42,146 bases of DNA, taken from positions 1 through 42,146 of the forward strand of contig CAZXJW010000002.1 in assembly GCA_964641005.1 (NCBI GenBank), written 5' to 3'. Position 1 is the first letter of the stretch, and the number at the start of each line of letters is the position of its first letter. The translations under genes were made by a program, and so were the position numbers. Positions 30,448 to 39,121 of the stretch are shown here, piece by piece. This DNA comes from an uncultured Rhodocyclaceae bacterium. GTDB lineage: Bacteria > Pseudomonadota > Gammaproteobacteria > Burkholderiales > Ga0077523. Below the pieces are notes generated by a model. The model worked only from the letters and a program-made list of their open reading frames with translations, did not search any database and was not told the origin of the DNA.

Positions 30448-31332
30448 GTGGAAGCGCTGACCAACAACCTGCAGGTGATCTTCCAGGGCCTTGCCCTGGG
30501 CAGCATCTATGCCCTGGTGGCCCTGGGCTTCGTGCTGATCATCCGCGCCACCAACGTGGTGAACTTCGCCCAGGGCGACTTCGCCATGCTGGGCGGCTAC
30601 GCGATGGTGCTGTTCTTCACGGCCCTGGGCTGGCCCTACGCGGTGGCACTGGTGGCCGCGCTGGTGGTGATGGCGATCTTCGGCGTGCTGTTCAACTACG
30701 GCGTGTACTACCCGCTGCGCCACCGTTCCTTCCTGCCGGTGCTCATCTCCACCCTGGGCGCCTCCATCTTCCTGCAGAACACGGTGCTGGCGGTGTTCGG
30801 GCCGCAGCCGCGGCCGCTCGACAAGACGCTGCCCATCGACGGCGTCACCATCGGCGGGGTGTTCCTCGACAGCCAGTACCTGGTGATCCTGGGCGTGACG
30901 CTGCTGCTGGTGCTGGGCACCTACCTGTTCTTCGAGAAGACGCTGCTGGGCAAGAAGCTCCAGGCCACCTCGCAGGACAAGGACATGGCCCGGCTGCTGG
31001 GCATTCCCGTGGCGCTGATGATCTCCATCACCTTCATCTACAGCGCGGTGCTGGGCGGCATCGCCGGCGTGCTGGTGGGCCCGATCCTGTTCGTGTCCAT
31101 CGGCATGGGCTCGATCATCGCGCTCAAGGCCTTCGCGGCCACCATCATCGGCGGCTTCGGCGACGTGACCGGCGCCATCGTGGGCGGCCTGCTGCTGGGC
31201 GTGATCGAGAGCCTCGCGGCCTACCACATCTCGGTGCCCTACAAGGACGCCTACGCCTTCCTGGCGCTGTTCGTCTTCCTGCTGGTGCGCCCGCAGGGCA
31301 TCTTCGGCGAGAAGGTCTCCGAGAAGGCCTGA
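30448..31332 (+). CDS. Branched-chain amino acid ABC transporter permease (LivH family)
   Basis: The 294-aa product is polytopic, with an N-terminal QGLALGSIYALVALGF motif. The start is GTG. Confidence 0.9.
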   Translation: MEALTNNLQVIFQGLALGSIYALVALGFVLIIRATNVVNFAQGDFAMLGGYAMVLFFTALGWPYAVALVAALVVMAIFGVLFNYGVYYPLRHRSFLPVLISTLGASIFLQNTVLAVFGPQPRPLDKTLPIDGVTIGGVFLDSQYLVILGVTLLLVLGTYLFFEKTLLGKKLQATSQDKDMARLLGIPVALMISITFIYSAVLGGIAGVLVGPILFVSIGMGSIIALKAFAATIIGGFGDVTGAIVGGLLLGVIESLAAYHISVPYKDAYAFLALFVFLLVRPQGIFGEKVSEKA

Positions 31333-31339
31333 TCCCGCC

Positions 31340-33115
31340 ATGCCGCCGAAGATCTCCCTGCCCTGGCTGGTCGCGCTCGCCGTCGTCGCGATCGCGCTGC
31401 CGCTGATCCCCTACCAGTTCGAGGTCAGCGGCTACGTGGTCCAGATGTTCATGCAGGCGGTCACCTATTCCATCGCCGTGCTGGGCATGGTGGTGGTGCT
31501 GGGCTACACGGGCCAGATCAATCTCGCCCAGGCCGCCTTCTTCGGGCTGGGCGCCTACGGCGTGGCGCTGGGGACGGTGTCCGGCGGCTGGAGCTTCTGG
31601 GTGTCGCTGGCCGCCGGCGCGGCCATCGCCACCGGCGCAGGGCTCGCCCTGGGCCTCACCACCATCCGGCTGGGCGGCCACTACCTGGCCATGATCACCA
31701 TCAGCTTCCAGCAGATCCTCGACCTGGTGCTGGTGAACTGGATCGAGGTCACCCACGGGCCCGACGGCGTGGCGGGCATCGCGCGCCCCTCGCTGTTCGG
31801 GTACGAGCTCGCCGACGACAAGGCCTACCTGGTGTTCTGCGCCGCGGTGCTCTACCTGCTGGTGTTCGCCGTGTGGTGGCTGCCCAACACCCGGCTCGGA
31901 CGCGCCATGCGCTCGGTGCGCGAGAACGAGCTGGCCGCCGAGGTGGTGGGCGTGCACACCCTGCGCACCAAGGTGGTGGCGTTCTCGCTCTCGGCGCTGC
32001 TGGGCGCAATCGGCGGCGGGCTCTACGCCGGCGGCTTCGCCTACATCAGCCCGGACAACTTCAACTTCGCGCGCTCCATCGAGTTCCTCACCGCCGTGCT
32101 GCTGGGCGGCGCCCAGTCGCCCTTCGGCGGCGTGATCGGCACGCTGCTCATCGTGCAGATGCCCGAGTGGCTCAAGCACCTGCCCGAGTCGCTGCGCTTC
32201 ATCAAGGACGTCTACCTCGCCGTGTACGGCATCGGCGTGATCCTGATCATGGTGTTCCTGCCCGAGGGCATCTGGGGCCTGATCAAGGCGGCCCGCGCGC
32301 GCTTCGTGAAACCGGTGGAGAAGACCGACACCACGGGCGTCGCGCCGCTCGACTTCGACGTGCCCGGCGCGGCGGACGGCCCGGTGCTGCGCGTGAAGGC
32401 GCTGGCCAAGCACTTCGGCGGCCTCAAGGCCGTGGACGGCATCGACATCGAGGTGCGGCGCGGCACCGTGCACGCGCTCATCGGCCCGAACGGCTCGGGC
32501 AAGACCACCTCGCTCAACGTGGTGAGCGGCATCTACAAGCCCACCGCCGGCCAGGTGATCCTCGGCGAGGAGGACGTGTCGCAGCTGCGGCCGCACCAGC
32601 GCGCCGGCCGCGGCATGGGCCGCACCTTCCAGAACATCCGCCTGTTCGCCACGCTCTCCGCGCTGGAGAACGTGATGGTGGGGGCGCAGCGGGACAACAA
32701 CCCCATCCCGCGCAGCAACCGCGCGCTGCGGGCCCGGGCCATGAGCGCCCTGCAGTTCGTGGGGCTGGCCGACCGCGCCCACGTGATCGGGCGCAACCTG
32801 CCCTACGGCCACCAGAGGCTGGTGGAGATCGCCCGGGTGCTGGCCGGCCATCCGCGCCTGCTGCTGCTCGACGAGCCCGCGGCGGGCCTGAACCAGACCG
32901 AGAAGATGGAGTTCGTGGAGCTGCTCAGGCGCCTTCGCGGCCACGGCCTCACCATCTTCCTCATCGACCACGACATGGGCCTGGTGGAGAAGGTCTCCGA
33001 CCGCATCACCGTGCTCAACTTCGGCCGCAAGATCGCCGAGGGCTCGCCCCAGGAGGTGCTGCGCAATCCCGACGTGATCGCCGCCTACCTGGGCACCGCG
33101 GGCAAGGTGAACTGA
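31340..33115 (+). CDS. Fused branched-chain amino acid ABC transporter permease (LivM-like) and ATP-binding (LivG-like) protein
   Basis: The N-terminal ~330 aa are polytopic (GYTGQINLAQAAFFGLGAY). The C-terminal NBD carries GPNGSGKTT, a signature region, LLLLDEPAAGLN and IDHDM. Confidence 0.9.
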   Translation: MPPKISLPWLVALAVVAIALPLIPYQFEVSGYVVQMFMQAVTYSIAVLGMVVVLGYTGQINLAQAAFFGLGAYGVALGTVSGGWSFWVSLAAGAAIATGAGLALGLTTIRLGGHYLAMITISFQQILDLVLVNWIEVTHGPDGVAGIARPSLFGYELADDKAYLVFCAAVLYLLVFAVWWLPNTRLGRAMRSVRENELAAEVVGVHTLRTKVVAFSLSALLGAIGGGLYAGGFAYISPDNFNFARSIEFLTAVLLGGAQSPFGGVIGTLLIVQMPEWLKHLPESLRFIKDVYLAVYGIGVILIMVFLPEGIWGLIKAARARFVKPVEKTDTTGVAPLDFDVPGAADGPVLRVKALAKHFGGLKAVDGIDIEVRRGTVHALIGPNGSGKTTSLNVVSGIYKPTAGQVILGEEDVSQLRPHQRAGRGMGRTFQNIRLFATLSALENVMVGAQRDNNPIPRSNRALRARAMSALQFVGLADRAHVIGRNLPYGHQRLVEIARVLAGHPRLLLLDEPAAGLNQTEKMEFVELLRRLRGHGLTIFLIDHDMGLVEKVSDRITVLNFGRKIAEGSPQEVLRNPDVIAAYLGTAGKVN

Positions 33116-33840
33116 TGGCGCTGCTCGAACTGCGCGAGGTGGCCAGCGCCTACGGCAACGTGCAGGCGCTCAAGGGCATCAGCCTGCGCGTGGAGGCCGG
33201 CGAGCTGGTGACCCTGCTGGGCGCCAACGGCGCGGGCAAGAGCACCACACTCAAGACCATCTCGGGCCTGATCACGCCGGTGCGCGGCGAGGTGCTGTTC
33301 GAGGGCAGGCCCATCCACCGCCTGGGCCCCGAGGCCATCGCGCGGCTGGGCATCAGCCACGTGCCCGAGGGGCGGCGCATCTTCCCCGGCCTGACGGTGC
33401 GCGAGAACATCCTGCTGGGCGGCTCCAACCGCAGCGGCGTCGCGCGCCGCCAGCTCGAGGCCGAGGCCGACGAGAAGCTGGAGATCTTTCCCGAGATCAA
33501 GCCCTTCGAGCACGCACTGGGCTGGACGCTGTCCGGCGGCCAGCAGCAGATGCTGGCGGTGGCGCGAGGCCTGATGGCGAAACCGAAGCTGCTGCTGCTC
33601 GACGAGCCCTCGCTCGGCCTGGCACCCCTCATCGTGCAGAACCTGTTCGGCGCCATCCGCGACATCCGCGCCCGCGGCACCACCATCCTGCTGGTGGAGC
33701 AGAACGCCAACATGGCCCTGTCGGTGGCGGACCGCGGCTACGTGCTCGAGACGGGCACGCTCATCCTCGAGGGCAAGCCCCAGGAACTGCTCGACAACGA
33801 GGAGGTGCGCGCTGCCTACCTGGGCGGGCACCACGCCTGA
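33115..33840 (+). CDS. Branched-chain amino acid ABC transporter ATP-binding protein (LivF family)
   Basis: The ATG at 33115 shares one base with the preceding TGA. The product carries GANGAGKST, LSGGQQQML and LLLLDEPSLGLAP motifs. Confidence 0.92.
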   Translation: MALLELREVASAYGNVQALKGISLRVEAGELVTLLGANGAGKSTTLKTISGLITPVRGEVLFEGRPIHRLGPEAIARLGISHVPEGRRIFPGLTVRENILLGGSNRSGVARRQLEAEADEKLEIFPEIKPFEHALGWTLSGGQQQMLAVARGLMAKPKLLLLDEPSLGLAPLIVQNLFGAIRDIRARGTTILLVEQNANMALSVADRGYVLETGTLILEGKPQELLDNEEVRAAYLGGHHA

Positions 33841-33895
33841 GGCGGCACGGGTGGCGGTGCTATCCTCGTTCCACGTCGCCGTGGAGCATGCCGTC

Positions 33896-34693
33896 ATGAA
33901 ACTCTCCCCCCAGCAGCTCGCCGCCTTCGACGAACGCGGCTACATCACCGTCCCCGCCCTGTTCGACCGCGCCGAGATCGGCGTGCTGCGCGCCGCGCTG
34001 GCGCGCATCAAGGCCATGACCGACAAGCCGCAGGTGGTACGCGAGCGCACCAACCAGGCGGTACGGCTGATCTACGGCGCCCACCTGTTCGACGACACCT
34101 GGCAGCGCCTGTCGCGCCATCCGCGCTGGATCGAGCCGGCCCGCCAGCTGCTGGGCGGCGATCTGTACATCCACCAGCTGCGCATCAATCCCAAGGCGGC
34201 CTTCGACGGCCAGGGCTGGTGGTGGCACCAGGACTACGCCACCTGGCGCTTCGAGGACCACATGGAGAACCCGCGCGCGCTCATGATCGGCGTGTTCCTC
34301 GACGACATGACCCCGGCCAACGGGCCGCTCATGGTGATCCCCGGCTCGCACACCTACGGCCACATCGAGCGCACCAGCCCCGACCAGGATTCCAGCGGCT
34401 ACACCGTGATGGACATCCCGCGCGAGACCATCGAGCGGCTGGTGCAGGAAGGCGGCGGCATCGAGGCGGTCACCGGGCCCGCCGGCACGGTGCTGTTCAT
34501 GCACTGCAACCTGGTGCACGGCTCGGTGGGCAACATCACGCCCTTCGAGCGCACCATCGCGTACCTGAACGTGGCCTCGGTGGACAACCCCACGCGCAGC
34601 CATCGCGCGGAGTGGTTCGCCAACCGCGACTTCTCGCCGCTGCAGACCATCGGCGATGACTGCCTTCGGGAGCGGGCCACACACCCTGCCTGA
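33896..34693 (+). CDS. Fe(II)/2-oxoglutarate dioxygenase, PhyH/ectoine-hydroxylase-like
   Basis: The ATG at 33896 is preceded by a GGAG RBS. WWWHQDYATWRFEDHMENP resembles the EctD signature region. The HxD triad elements (HQD) and the distal His (NLVHGS) are present. Confidence 0.8.
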   Translation: MKLSPQQLAAFDERGYITVPALFDRAEIGVLRAALARIKAMTDKPQVVRERTNQAVRLIYGAHLFDDTWQRLSRHPRWIEPARQLLGGDLYIHQLRINPKAAFDGQGWWWHQDYATWRFEDHMENPRALMIGVFLDDMTPANGPLMVIPGSHTYGHIERTSPDQDSSGYTVMDIPRETIERLVQEGGGIEAVTGPAGTVLFMHCNLVHGSVGNITPFERTIAYLNVASVDNPTRSHRAEWFANRDFSPLQTIGDDCLRERATHPA

Positions 34694-34805
34694 CGGGTGT
34701 AGTATTTTTCCGGCGTTTCCGGCGGCAGCACGCTACCGGGCCGGACGCTGGCGGGGAGGTCGCCGCACGAATGCGGCGCTGCGTCAATCCGGGAGGGGGG
34801 TCGCA

Positions 34806-35456
34806 ATGAGGACTTCGCTGTTCGGCACGCTCTCAGCGTGGGTCACGGCAATCACCGCGTGCCTTCTGGCGCTCGCCGCGGGCGCGCCCTCGTTGGCAGT
34901 GGCGGCAGTGCCCCTGGCCTCCTACGACGCCACCCTGCAGATGACCGGGTGCGTCACGAAGCGGTACCTGGATCGCACGACGGCGAACAACGTGGACCTC
35001 AGCTGCGATGGCCAGTCGACCGACGGCGGGGGGAACACGCGGACGGCCGCCGGACGGATCAACTTTGGCCAGGGGTCGGCCTCGGAGGTGAGCCCCTTCG
35101 TGGCAGCGCAGGTGGAAGCGACCAACGCGGAGGCGGGTGCCATGGGCGAGATGGTCTACTGGCTCCTGCTCGAGAAGATCGGCAACGCTCCGGTCAACGT
35201 CGCGGACCTCGAATTCAATGCCCTGGTGGAAGTGGCCGTTGAAGGCCGCCCCAGATTCCTGGACGGCGCAGGAGGCGTCGCGAGGGTTACACTTGAAACC
35301 GGTAGCGGCACGCCGATCTCGACACTTGCAAGATCCATCTCCTGTCGAGCCGGGTCGACGTGCACGACCGACGAGGACTTCAGCACCGGCAGCCTGAAGA
35401 ACACGGATCACCGTGTTTGCACAGGCCTCGGTCACGGGCGGTTACCACGGCCCTGA
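34806..35456 (+). CDS. Secreted hypothetical protein; apparent N-terminal portion of a frameshifted PEP-CTERM protein
   Basis: A GGGAGGGG RBS precedes the start. The signal peptide is MRTSLFGTLSAWVTAITACLLALAAGAPSLAVAA. The ORF ends in a short aberrant tail (...HRVCTGLGHGRLPRP) that overlaps the next ORF. Confidence 0.6.
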   Translation: MRTSLFGTLSAWVTAITACLLALAAGAPSLAVAAVPLASYDATLQMTGCVTKRYLDRTTANNVDLSCDGQSTDGGGNTRTAAGRINFGQGSASEVSPFVAAQVEATNAEAGAMGEMVYWLLLEKIGNAPVNVADLEFNALVEVAVEGRPRFLDGAGGVARVTLETGSGTPISTLARSISCRAGSTCTTDEDFSTGSLKNTDHRVCTGLGHGRLPRP

Positions 35457-35697
35457 CACATCGTCCCTGTTCGCCAGCGCCGTGGCGGATCCCGTGGTGA
35501 GTTTCGCGCCGGGATTCGCCCACGCCGGCGCGTTTCGCATGACCTTGAGCTCCAACATGCCAGCAGTGGACAAGGTGCCACTGCTCAATCCCATACCGGA
35601 ACCGGGCACCGTCGCGCTGCTCTCGGCCGGACTGCTGGCGCTCCTGCCGGCGATCCGGCGCTCGCGGTCGCGCCTCCCGAGAGCGGCCGTCCGGTAG
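35413..35697 (+). CDS. PEP-CTERM sorting-domain fragment; apparent C-terminal portion of the same gene in the +1 frame
   Basis: The C-terminus IPEPGTVALLSAGLLALLPAIRRSRSR has the PEP motif, a TM helix and a basic cluster. This frame is open from 35398. There is no RBS or signal peptide of its own. Confidence 0.55.
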   Translation: MFAQASVTGGYHGPDTSSLFASAVADPVVSFAPGFAHAGAFRMTLSSNMPAVDKVPLLNPIPEPGTVALLSAGLLALLPAIRRSRSRLPRAAVR

Positions 35698-35788
35698 CCG
35701 GGGAACGCCGCGCGGGGTGCGGGTCGGGCCGCCACGGTCGACCGTGGGCGCCGACGCCTCGACGGGGCGATCTCGCGGGCCGGCGGAT

Positions 35789-36193
35789 TCAGCCGAACAC
35801 GCGCCCGGTGAGCAGCGGCAGGCTGTCGCGGATGAAGGCCTCGTCCACGCGATTCGACGGCGTGAGGCGGTTGATGATGTCCGGCACCTTCTCCGCCAGC
35901 CCTTCGGCCACCCGCTGGGGCGTGAGTCCGAGCCGGGTGCCCAGGGCGGCGAGGCCGTCGCGATCGAAGACCTTCACCACGTCCTCTGAGGTGAGCGGCT
36001 CGTTGCGGCCGTCGGACAGCCACGAAGCCACGTGGCTCGCATAACCCGCGCTGGAGAACCGGTCGAGCAGTGCCTGCAGGCCGCCGGGGTAGTCCTCGAT
36101 GAGCGTGAAGACCACGGTGTTGAACAGGTTGTTGGGATGGCCCACCGCATCGAGCTTGATGCGGTCGGCGAGTCCGGTCAGAAGTTCGGTCAT
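35789..36193 (-). CDS. yidB: YidB family protein (DUF937)
   Basis: The 134-aa product begins MTELLTGL... and contains GLQALLDRFSSAGYASHVASWLSDGRNEPLTSEDV, typical of YidB. A strong GGAGGAG-like RBS lies upstream of the ATG at 36193. Confidence 0.8.
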   Translation of the reverse strand: MTELLTGLADRIKLDAVGHPNNLFNTVVFTLIEDYPGGLQALLDRFSSAGYASHVASWLSDGRNEPLTSEDVVKVFDRDGLAALGTRLGLTPQRVAEGLAEKVPDIINRLTPSNRVDEAFIRDSLPLLTGRVFG

Positions 36194-36300
36194 GGGGTCT
36201 CCTCCCTCGTGGCTCTTGTCAACGGAACAGCTGTGTCGAGCGTATCCGCGCGCGGCACGCCCGTGGTTCGGAACGCACCGCAGCAACGCGAGGCGCTTCT

Positions 36301-36978
36301 CTATGGTTGCGGCGAGCGGCCCAGCATGCGCAGCACCCGCAACGCTGCGCAGGCCGCGCCGAAGCCGTTGTCGATGTTGGTGACCAGCAGGCCGGCCGCA
36401 CAGCTCGCCAGCATGGCGTTGAGCGCCGAGCTGCCCTTCTCCGCCACGCCATAGCCCACCGAGGACGGGCAGCCGATCACCACGCCCGGCACCAGCCCGC
36501 CCACCACCGTGGGCAGGGCCGCGTCCATGCCGGCCACCACGATCACCACCGGCATGGTCTTGATCTCTTCCAGGCGCTCGAGCAGCCGCCAGATGCCGGC
36601 CAGGCCCACGTCCGTGACTTCCAGCGTCGGCTCGCCATACCACCCCAGGGTGCGCGAGATCTCGCGCACCAGGTTCACGTCCGAGGTGCCCGCGGCCACC
36701 ACGGCCACGCGGGTCTCGGTGCGCAGCGGCTCGGGATCGCCGAAGTAGCCGGTGCGCGACAGCGCGTCGTAGTGGATGCGGTTGCGGTGGTGGTCGGGCA
36801 GCGCGTCGAGCTGCTCCACCGCCAGGCGGGTGATCAGGAAGCGGGCGCGCTTGTCGGCGGCCTCGTCGAGGATGGTGTTGAGGTGGGCCACCGTCTTGCC
36901 GCTGGCGAGGATGGCTTCCTCCAGTCCCATGCGGCTGCGGCGGTCGAAGTCGAGGCGGATGTCCTTGTGCAGATCCAT
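36301..36978 (-). CDS. larB: Nickel-pincer cofactor biosynthesis protein LarB (pyridinium-3,5-biscarboxylic acid mononucleotide synthase)
   Basis: The 225-aa product has a PurE-like core (VAVVAAGTSD..., VVAGMDAALPTVVGGL) and the LarB-type N-terminal extension. It is clustered with larC and larE. Confidence 0.88.
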   Translation of the reverse strand: MDLHKDIRLDFDRRSRMGLEEAILASGKTVAHLNTILDEAADKRARFLITRLAVEQLDALPDHHRNRIHYDALSRTGYFGDPEPLRTETRVAVVAAGTSDVNLVREISRTLGWYGEPTLEVTDVGLAGIWRLLERLEEIKTMPVVIVVAGMDAALPTVVGGLVPGVVIGCPSSVGYGVAEKGSSALNAMLASCAAGLLVTNIDNGFGAACAALRVLRMLGRSPQP

Positions 36979-37059
36979 GTGATTTCTTGATGGTCGCGCC
37001 GCGCGTCGGGCGGCAGGGATGGAAAGGGCTCGCGCGGGCCGCGGCGCGGCGCCCGAGTG

Positions 37060-37893
37060 TCAGGCCGCGCCGGCCACGCGCAGTTCGCGCACCAGGAAGG
37101 CGCTGCCCGTGCGGTAGGGGGCGAAACTCACCGCGTGGTGGAAGCCGCGCAGCGCGAACAGCGCGGCCACCTCGGCGGCGAGGGCCTCGCGGCGGGTGCG
37201 CTCGGTGCAGGCTAGGGTGTCGGCGTCGAGCTCGATCACCGCGCCGGCGGCGCGCACGCGGCAACGCACGGTGCGCGGCGACAGGGCTGCATCCACCAGC
37301 CGCTCGGCGGCGTGCACGGCGGCCAGCATGTCCGGGTCGATGGCGATGCCGGTCTCGATGCGGCTCGACAGGCAGGGCGAGGACGGCAGCTCGGCCACGC
37401 CGCCCAGGCCCAGGTCGCGGGCCAGCGCGCGCACGCCGGCCTTGGCGATGCCAGCCTCCACGAACGGGTGGCGCACGCCGTGCTCGCGCGCGGCCTCCAG
37501 GCCGGGGCGGTACTCGCCCAGGTCGTCGGTGTTGGTGCCGGACACCACCTGCGCGCCGGTGCGCGGCACGATGGCGCCATACAGGCTGGTCTTGCAGAAG
37601 AAGCAGCGGTTCACCGGATTGGCGCGGTACTCCTCGCGCGCGAACTCGCCGGCATCGATGACCTCGAGCGACCAGCCTTCGCGCGCCGCGAGCTCGCGGG
37701 TGCGCTCGGTGGCCTCCGGCGGCACGGCCGGCGATGTGGCGTGGAACATGGCCACGCGCCCGGGCAGGTGGCGATGGGCGAAGCTCGCCAGGGTGAGGCT
37801 GTCCACGCCACCGCTCACGGCCACGGCGACATCGCCCATGCCGGAGAGCACGCGCTCCAGCGCCGCGGCGTGGGCCTCGTTCGCGGTGCTCAC
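37060..37893 (-). CDS. larE: LarE, ATP-dependent sulfur transferase for nickel-pincer cofactor synthesis
   Basis: The PP-loop SGGVDS is present, together with CFFC (Cys97 and Cys100) and SPCLSSR (Cys174). The GTG start at 37893 overlaps the larC stop (GTGA). Confidence 0.88.
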   Translation of the reverse strand: MSTANEAHAAALERVLSGMGDVAVAVSGGVDSLTLASFAHRHLPGRVAMFHATSPAVPPEATERTRELAAREGWSLEVIDAGEFAREEYRANPVNRCFFCKTSLYGAIVPRTGAQVVSGTNTDDLGEYRPGLEAAREHGVRHPFVEAGIAKAGVRALARDLGLGGVAELPSSPCLSSRIETGIAIDPDMLAAVHAAERLVDAALSPRTVRCRVRAAGAVIELDADTLACTERTRREALAAEVAALFALRGFHHAVSFAPYRTGSAFLVRELRVAGAA

Positions 37894-39098
37894 TTCAAGC
37901 CCTCGTCCTCGGCGGCGCGGCGCAGCGCGGCCCGGCCGGCGAGCCCCTCCACCTGCGCGGTGTCGTCGCTCTCGGCCTTGGCGGTGGCGGCCTGCGGCCG
38001 CTGCACCACCTTCACGCGCACGGCGTGGTTGCCCACCAGCACCATGCGAAGGTCGCGCGGCAGGGTCTTGCGATGCACCACCTGGTAGCGCAATCCGATG
38101 GTGGCGGTCTCGAGGAAGCAGGCGTCGGTGACCGCCTGCAACTGCGCGGGGTCCGCCAGCACCTGGATGGCGGCGGCGATGCGGCCCTTCTTGCCGAACA
38201 CCGGGCTCTGCAGCACGTCGAGCACCGCCGGATGGCTGCGCAGCCGGTCCAGCGCGATGGCGAGATCCTCGGGCGTCTGGTCGTCCACCTCGAAGGCGAT
38301 CACGGCCACGGGCGCATCGGCGGCGTCGGAGTCGGTGTCCACGGGTTCGAAGCACACCACCCGCAGCACATTGGAAAGCCCGGGGAAGACCTTGGTCCCG
38401 AAGCCGTGGCCGGTGCGGCCGAGCTTCAGGGCGCCGCTGGGGCGCGACTGGGTGCAGCCCAGGTGGCGGACGATGGCGGCACCCGTGGGCGTCACGCGCT
38501 CGCCGGCCACGCCGTCGTCGGCGAAGGCGTAGCCCTCGAGCAGCATGGCCGCCGCCGGCACCGGCACCGGCAGCTTGCCGTGAGCCGTCTTCACGAACCC
38601 CGAGCCCAGGGGCAGCGTGCCGATGGACCACGACTGCGCCCCCGTGGCGTGGACCAGCCATGCGGCGCCCACGATGTCGGCGATGGAGTCCCACTCGCCC
38701 AGCTCGTGGAAGGACACCAGTTCGGTGGGCTTGCCGTGGATGCGGCCCTCCACCTCGGCCAGGCGCGTGAAGATGTCCACCGCGCGGCGCTTCACCTCGG
38801 CATCGAGGGAGGAGGAGAGGAGGTGGGTGCGGATGTCGGCGAAGTCGCGATGGGCGTGGTGGTGATGGTGGTGGGCGTGGACGTAGCCGGGCGCCGGGAT
38901 GTCCACCCGGAAGCGGCTGCCGGTGAGGGCGTGGTCGGCATGTGCCTCGAAGCGGCATTCGACGCTGGCGGGCAGCCCCGCCGCGCGCACGGCGGCCAGC
39001 ATGCCCTCGCGCAGGTGCGGGAAGGCGTCGGTCATGGCGGCGATGAACATGTCGCCCGCCACGCCGCCCACGGCGTCGAGGTGGATGTGGGAGACCAC
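37890..39098 (-). CDS. larC: LarC, nickel insertion protein (pyridinium-3,5-bisthiocarboxylic acid mononucleotide nickel chelatase)
   Basis: From the GTG start at 39098 the product reads VVSHIHLDAVGGVAGDMFIAA. It contains the His tract HAHHHHHHAH and is 402 aa in a single frame. Confidence 0.88.
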   Translation of the reverse strand: MVSHIHLDAVGGVAGDMFIAAMTDAFPHLREGMLAAVRAAGLPASVECRFEAHADHALTGSRFRVDIPAPGYVHAHHHHHHAHRDFADIRTHLLSSSLDAEVKRRAVDIFTRLAEVEGRIHGKPTELVSFHELGEWDSIADIVGAAWLVHATGAQSWSIGTLPLGSGFVKTAHGKLPVPVPAAAMLLEGYAFADDGVAGERVTPTGAAIVRHLGCTQSRPSGALKLGRTGHGFGTKVFPGLSNVLRVVCFEPVDTDSDAADAPVAVIAFEVDDQTPEDLAIALDRLRSHPAVLDVLQSPVFGKKGRIAAAIQVLADPAQLQAVTDACFLETATIGLRYQVVHRKTLPRDLRMVLVGNHAVRVKVVQRPQAATAKAESDDTAQVEGLAGRAALRRAAEDEGLK

Positions 39099-39121
39099 GG
39101 GAGTGGCTGCCGGCGCGCCGC

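Noticed and set aside
35732-35747. Perfect 16-bp palindrome CCACGGTCGACCGTGG between the convergent PEP-CTERM and yidB genes
   Set aside because: It has only a 6-bp stem with a 4-nt loop and no flanking T- or A-tract. That is too weak to call a terminator or operator, and it may be chance in GC-rich DNA.
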